A stretch of DNA of 28,525 nucleotides from an uncultured Dehalococcoidia bacterium (GTDB lineage: Bacteria > Chloroflexota > Dehalococcoidia > Lucifugimonadales > GCA-2712585), in NCBI GenBank assembly GCA_964397605.1, contig CAYNJI010000001.1:2234-30758 (forward strand), in the 5' to 3' direction. The first letter of the stretch is position 1. Each line of letters opens with the position of its first letter. Below are positions 24,196 to 28,525 of this stretch, one piece after another. Position numbers and translations under genes: made by a program. Below the pieces are notes generated by a model. The model made no database searches. It saw only the letters and a program-made list of their open reading frames with translations, and was not told the DNA's origin.

Positions 24196-25287
24196 CTAGG
24201 CCTGGGCCCGGCTGCGTCGGAGGATGGTCCCTCCGCCGACTATCATGACTGCGCCGACGCCAAGGGCAATGAGGGCGAGGGTCATGAAGTTTATGTCGCC
24301 GGTGTCGGGCGGACCAGCGCCGACCATGGCATTGTAGCCGGCCATGTCTTGCGCGGCCATGTGTGCCTGCATTGCGCCGCCTTCGCCTTTCCTGGCACTG
24401 ATGGCGCCGTCGAGGTCTTTATCGCGACCATTCAGGGCCCGGCTCGCCAGGGTGTGAGCGTTGGTGGCGTAAGCCCTAGCGGTAACCATGTCGCTGGCAG
24501 CCTTGGCAGTCATGGCTGCGTCCCGGGCCATACCGGCCCAAGAGGCCACGTTGTTGGTGGAACTGACGACCTGGCCTGAGTAGGTATGGAAGTTGGGATG
24601 GGTGGGGACGGCTGCGACGGCGCCCTGAGCCTGCCCGGCGGCGGCGGTGGCGTGGGCCGCAATGCCCATTCCGTCTCCCGGGTTTGCTTGAGCGTCATCG
24701 AAGTTGTCGCCTTCGGCGCCCTCGATGATGTTGATCACGTGGGAAGCGTGCGATTGCACTTCTTCGATGGTCTTACCTTCCGTGGCTAGCTTGGCGTGGG
24801 TAACGGCAAGTTGGGTCTGACCGACGAGAATCACCGTTGCGCCGGATTCGCTATCCAGCAGCCCGTGGACGTACATGATGCCGTCTTCAGGAATCACGTC
24901 GTAGTAGACAAATACGCCTGAGGGCCCAGGATCCGTATCTGGGGAGGGTTCGAGGGTGACGAGGAACTGGCTGTAGCCGGTTGCCAGGTTCATGCCGTCG
25001 GGGTGGGTGTAGCTCTGGTCGACGGTGCCGCTGTCGTCCAATTCGAAGACGCCAACGCTGAGCTTACCCGCGCCATCGGCGGTTACCAACCATCCTTCGT
25101 AAGCGTTGCCTTCCCCTGGGCTGGGGAGGGTGTTCAGCTTAATTGTCAGCATGTCAGAGGCGCCCATAGAGGACTCCTCGATCATAGCTGTACCCACGGT
25201 CACCTGCCCGCGGGCGATGCTGAGGGGGATGATAAGTGCCATCAGAGATAGCAACAGGACTACTTTGAAGACTTTGGACAAGTACAT
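24196..25287 (-). CDS. Secreted/surface-anchored protein: RskA-C-like beta domain, Ala-rich helical region, PPDTG sorting-like C-terminus
   Basis: N-terminal signal peptide; YEGWL...SVG...FLVTLEP motif like anti-sigma-K C-terminal domains; ends PPDTG-hydrophobic helix-RRSR. Confidence 0.8.
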   Translation of the reverse strand: MYLSKVFKVVLLLSLMALIIPLSIARGQVTVGTAMIEESSMGASDMLTIKLNTLPSPGEGNAYEGWLVTADGAGKLSVGVFELDDSGTVDQSYTHPDGMNLATGYSQFLVTLEPSPDTDPGPSGVFVYYDVIPEDGIMYVHGLLDSESGATVILVGQTQLAVTHAKLATEGKTIEEVQSHASHVINIIEGAEGDNFDDAQANPGDGMGIAAHATAAAGQAQGAVAAVPTHPNFHTYSGQVVSSTNNVASWAGMARDAAMTAKAASDMVTARAYATNAHTLASRALNGRDKDLDGAISARKGEGGAMQAHMAAQDMAGYNAMVGAGPPDTGDINFMTLALIALGVGAVMIVGGGTILRRSRAQA

Positions 25288-25362
25288 CTAACCTCCTTTA
25301 ACGGCTAGCGTAATCAGATGTTCTTAGGCAATTGACAAGCAACAGTGGGGAACTGCGGGCGT

Positions 25363-25392
25363 ATTATATAGGGTTGTCATTGGCCAATGCAA
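25363..25392 (-). promoter_or_regulatory. Promoter for the surface protein gene
   Basis: TTGCAT-18 nt-TATAAT on the minus strand. Confidence 0.6.
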
Positions 25393-25639
25393 TAGCTTTA
25401 CTATCGCCATAGGGGTCAATTGCCTAGATTGAGTTGGGGCTTCGGGAAAGGCCTCTCTATTGCCGGTGAGATTTCTTTTCACTTCCTTATTATATAGCAA
25501 AGGTTACGGCGCCCGAGGCATTGGAGGAGCGCTATTGCAGGTTTACCTACGGTGCCTCCCCCTCTAATCACTTGCGTTTATTATTGCAGCGTGCGGCCCA
25601 TTGTAGTGGATGACGGGGCGTTAGACCAGCCCCTTGGCT

Positions 25640-26410
25640 TCACTTTTGGAGGGGTCTGCCCCTACGCTGTATGAACTCTGCGAATCCCTCCTCGACGGCG
25701 AGGCCCTGGTGGGTGGTTCTGCGGGACATGTGCTCCCGTTGCCGCATCTCCTCCCAGGAGTGGCCCAGATTATTCTGAATGAGGCTCTTTACTCCCTGGA
25801 CGGACCTGGGATGGTTGGCGGCGATTGTCTGGGCCAGCTCCATAGCTTTATCCATGAGCTTGTCTGAGGGAACCAGATGGTTCAGGAGGCCCAGCCGGTA
25901 GGCTTCTTCGGCTTCCACGACGCGGCCCGTGTAGAGGAGCTCCTTGGCGCGGGGCCAGCCTATGATGACGGGTAGGGTCCAGGTGGAGTTCATCTGGCCG
26001 TAGGCGACGGCCAGAAAGCGAAACTGGCTTCGCTCGCACCCTACAAGGAAGTCGAGGGAGCTGGCGAGCACGGCGCCGCCGCCGTGGGCCAGTCCGTTGA
26101 GGGCGCCGATGATGGGCTTGGCGCAGTTGACCACACTCTGCTGGCCTTGGCCTCTCACGTCGGCGGCTTGGGCCGACTGCTCCGGGGTGAAGGAGCGCAT
26201 CTCGTGGATGTCCGCGCCGGCGGAGAAGGAGCGTTCGCCGGCGCCGGTAAGGATGATGGCGCGAACTTCGTCGTCGGCCTCCAACTCGGCGATGGCTTGG
26301 CCCAGCTCTTGGGATAGGGCCAGGTTCATGGCGTTGAGGACCCGGGGCCGGTTGAGGGTGACGGTTGCAACGCCGCCTTCTCGGTTCACCAGTATGGTCT
26401 GGTAGCTCAT
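25640..26410 (-). CDS. Enoyl-CoA hydratase/isomerase (crotonase) family
   Basis: VATVTLNRPRVLNAM, FSAGADI, KPIIGALNGLAHGGG and EEAYRLGLLNHLVP. Confidence 0.93.
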   Translation of the reverse strand: MSYQTILVNREGGVATVTLNRPRVLNAMNLALSQELGQAIAELEADDEVRAIILTGAGERSFSAGADIHEMRSFTPEQSAQAADVRGQGQQSVVNCAKPIIGALNGLAHGGGAVLASSLDFLVGCERSQFRFLAVAYGQMNSTWTLPVIIGWPRAKELLYTGRVVEAEEAYRLGLLNHLVPSDKLMDKAMELAQTIAANHPRSVQGVKSLIQNNLGHSWEEMRQREHMSRRTTHQGLAVEEGFAEFIQRRGRPLQK

Positions 26411-26673
26411 GGGTTGTTTCCTCGTCTTAAAGGGGTGGGGAGACGCCCCGCGGTTGGGGGATGATGCGTTGACATAGTAGCCTCTTCCCCTGAAAGGCGC
26501 AACGGGCGGGTTCGTTTCAGGAACGAGTGGGGAAACGAGGGACTCGTTTCAGGCGTGGGACTGACTCGTTCTTGATTCGAATATGGAGTGTTTTGGGGTG
26601 ATTCAGGCATGGATCTGATGGTTGGGGGATTCGTATTTGTTTTTCTAAATTATTGGGGCAACGAATGATATTT

Positions 26674-27051
26674 TCATCCGTAGATGTATCGTCTTTGGAC
26701 GGCCATTAGCTCGGAGAGGACATCGAGGGTTTTGAGTATGAGGTCTGGTGAAGTGTCAGGGTCGTCGAGGAGGGTGTTAAGCCTAACTCGGAGAAGGGCG
26801 ATTTCCGGGGCCAGGTCTTTGAGGTCATTGGCGTTTTCGAGAATCTCAAACTGTTCGGGAGTGAAGTGCCTGGAGTAGAGGCCGTGCTTGCGGGCGTTCT
26901 GGTTGCCGGGTTGGGCGCCGCGCTTACGCTTAGGTTCTTCGTCCTCATCGCTGCTGAGGTCGTAGAAGGAGCCCTTAGGGGGTTCTTTGGGGATTCCCAG
27001 TTTGTCGAGGTAGTCTTCCATTTCTTTGTGTATTTGTTCTATTTTTCTCAT
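26674..27051 (-). CDS. Hypothetical protein with GAQPGNQNARKHGLYS motif (terminase-small-subunit-like)
   Basis: The likely start is ATG 27051 (track 27129). KRGAQPGNQNARKHGLYS is followed by the helical DLAPEIALLRVRL. Confidence 0.75.
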   Translation of the reverse strand: MRKIEQIHKEMEDYLDKLGIPKEPPKGSFYDLSSDEDEEPKRKRGAQPGNQNARKHGLYSRHFTPEQFEILENANDLKDLAPEIALLRVRLNTLLDDPDTSPDLILKTLDVLSELMAVQRRYIYG

Positions 27052-27344
27052 GGGAGGGAGGGTAGCAGGGGGTAGGGATTTTGGGCAAGGGGAAGATGGC
27101 ACAGTGGGGTAGGGGGGTGCGTGATACAATCGGCATCGGGGGTTGAGTGGGGGAAAGTTTGCGGGGATGAAGCATCGTGGTTAAGCAAAGCGACGGACTT
27201 CAGGAAGCGCAGGATGCCATCGTCCTTAAGGTGGAGGAGCGGGCGGGCATTCTGGCGATGGAGCGGGAGACGGAGGGGATGCTGGGGGAGATTGTGGGGG
27301 ATATACGATAATGGATGTCGATAGCCCCGCATTGGAGCGCCGAT

Positions 27345-27851
27345 ATGCTGACTGATGCAGAAATTCAAAATCTTATTAAGATGCCCAAGCTCGTCGTGTC
27401 CAAGACTCCGGGCCGTGGATACGCCGCGGAAAACAACCAAAGGCGGTGTAGTTTAGAACTAGTGGCTGACGGGGATCCTGATAAGCAATTCACCATCTTC
27501 ATTCGGCAGAATACCAATTTCATAGAAAACTTCTCTATAGGACTCCGCTATAGGACTGGCAACAAAAGGCTTCCAATAGTTACGCTAATTCGCTACAACG
27601 GAGCTCACGGAGAATACGATATTTCACCTGACGGCCACTTTGTCCAACCGCACATTCATCGAATGACAGAAGAAGAGCTAAAGTCCGGAAGCATTCAGCC
27701 GCAAGAAAGCTGTCGAGAGATTACCGACAGATATGAAACTTTTGAACAGGACCTCGGAGTATCTCTTGGTGATGTAGCGGCGTCCAATTTGTTTCAGTAT
27801 TTTCCTGAACTGCAGCAGCAGAGGTTATTCAATGGACATTGGCAAAATTAA
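27345..27851 (+). CDS. Hypothetical protein with RYNG.HG...H...PHIH motif, of the kind seen upstream of DUF1828 genes
   Basis: GGAG RBS and ATG 27345 (track 27315); AT-richer codons; overlaps the next gene by 20 nt. Confidence 0.75.
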   Translation: MLTDAEIQNLIKMPKLVVSKTPGRGYAAENNQRRCSLELVADGDPDKQFTIFIRQNTNFIENFSIGLRYRTGNKRLPIVTLIRYNGAHGEYDISPDGHFVQPHIHRMTEEELKSGSIQPQESCREITDRYETFEQDLGVSLGDVAASNLFQYFPELQQQRLFNGHWQN

Positions 27852-28525
27852 AGAATCGTTAAATCGGCGGATGGCTGGGGGAATTGACTTCTACAAACGT
27901 CGTCCCGGCAAGTACCAGCTCATAGTTCCCATACTGCATGAAGATGGGGACATGGTGGACATTTACTTTGAAGAAAGTCCATTGGGTAAGGGACATGTTC
28001 GCATCTGCGACTTTGGCATGGCGCTGATGCGTCTTTCCTACACCTATGAAATTAGCACACCCACCCGAGAGAATATTTTTGAAAGTATCCTGCTCAACAA
28101 CCGAGTGAGTAACGACGGTGGCAATCTTTACTTGGATATTCCGGTTGACAGGCTCTACGAAGGCATTCTGCAATTTGCCGGTTGCGTGCAAAAAGTGTGC
28201 AACATGCGCTACTGGAGCAGGGAGATGGTCCGCAGCGCGTTCTACGATGATCTGGAAGAACACGTCAAGACGGAGTTGATCGGATTCTCACCGGAGCCCG
28301 ATCTGTCGCCTGTGCCAGACAATCCTCTTCTCACAGTGGATTGGTCCCTCTCGCATAATGAGCGGAATTTCTATGTGTTTGGAGTTCCTGGCAACGATAA
28401 GGCAAAGAACGTGGCTATCTCATTGCTGGAGTTTCAGAAGGCCCAGTTGTACTACATGAGTCTCGTGGTGAACGAGGACATGGGCGAATTGGGGAGAAGG
28501 GAATTGAGCCAGTTGACGAGAAATG
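27832..28525 (+). CDS. DUF1828(/DUF1829)-type protein, partial (runs off the right edge)
   Basis: Absent from the track. GAGG RBS and ATG 27832 give 231 open codons: MDIGKIKESL...KYQLIVPILHEDGDMVDIYFE...VRICDFGMALMRLSY...ILQFAGCVQKV...FYDDLEE...VDWSL...FYVFGV. The P..H.DGD..DIY and I.D.G..L..L motifs recall DUF1828. Confidence 0.75.
   Translation, partial: MDIGKIKESLNRRMAGGIDFYKRRPGKYQLIVPILHEDGDMVDIYFEESPLGKGHVRICDFGMALMRLSYTYEISTPTRENIFESILLNNRVSNDGGNLYLDIPVDRLYEGILQFAGCVQKVCNMRYWSREMVRSAFYDDLEEHVKTELIGFSPEPDLSPVPDNPLLTVDWSLSHNERNFYVFGVPGNDKAKNVAISLLEFQKAQLYYMSLVVNEDMGELGRRELSQLTRN

Noticed and set aside
26674-28525. Intact prophage or integrative element at the right edge
   Set aside because: No integrase, large terminase, structural gene or att site is visible within the window, so it cannot be supported without the flanking sequence.

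Overview
A GC-rich bacterial chromosome segment, most consistent with Chloroflexota/Dehalococcoidia (SAR202-like). This is inferred from the acVLRF1 factor, an NLPY-type PrmC, paralogous amidases and a sortase-like sorting signal. It is mostly housekeeping and metabolic genes: two cupins, protoglobin, Fic, tRNA-Gly(CCC), two small-partner+amidase pairs, an alpha/beta hydrolase, acVLRF1-mutS2, a PQQ sugar dehydrogenase, a fused EtfB-EtfA, a PhnD/C/E/E-type 'putative selenate' ABC transporter, PaREP1, FAH, prfA-prmC, an OGG1-like glycosylase, RidA and an enoyl-CoA hydratase. An AT-richer DUF1828-type gene pair lies at the right edge. The ORF track misses or truncates several real genes: a CxxU Rdx-family selenoprotein (1212-1487), two desulforedoxin-like miniproteins and the partial genes at both edges. 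The best candidate for an undescribed system is the roughly 210-nt leader of the putative selenate transporter. It holds a uORF with an in-frame UGA followed by a hairpin, plus mutually exclusive anti-SD and anti-anti-SD helices, which is the layout expected of a selenocysteine-sensing translational attenuator. The second candidate is an AT-rich 81-82-bp palindromic tandem array running into the Fic start next to the tRNA 3' end. All family assignments come from motif recognition by eye and all folds were paired by hand; no searches or folding programs were run.
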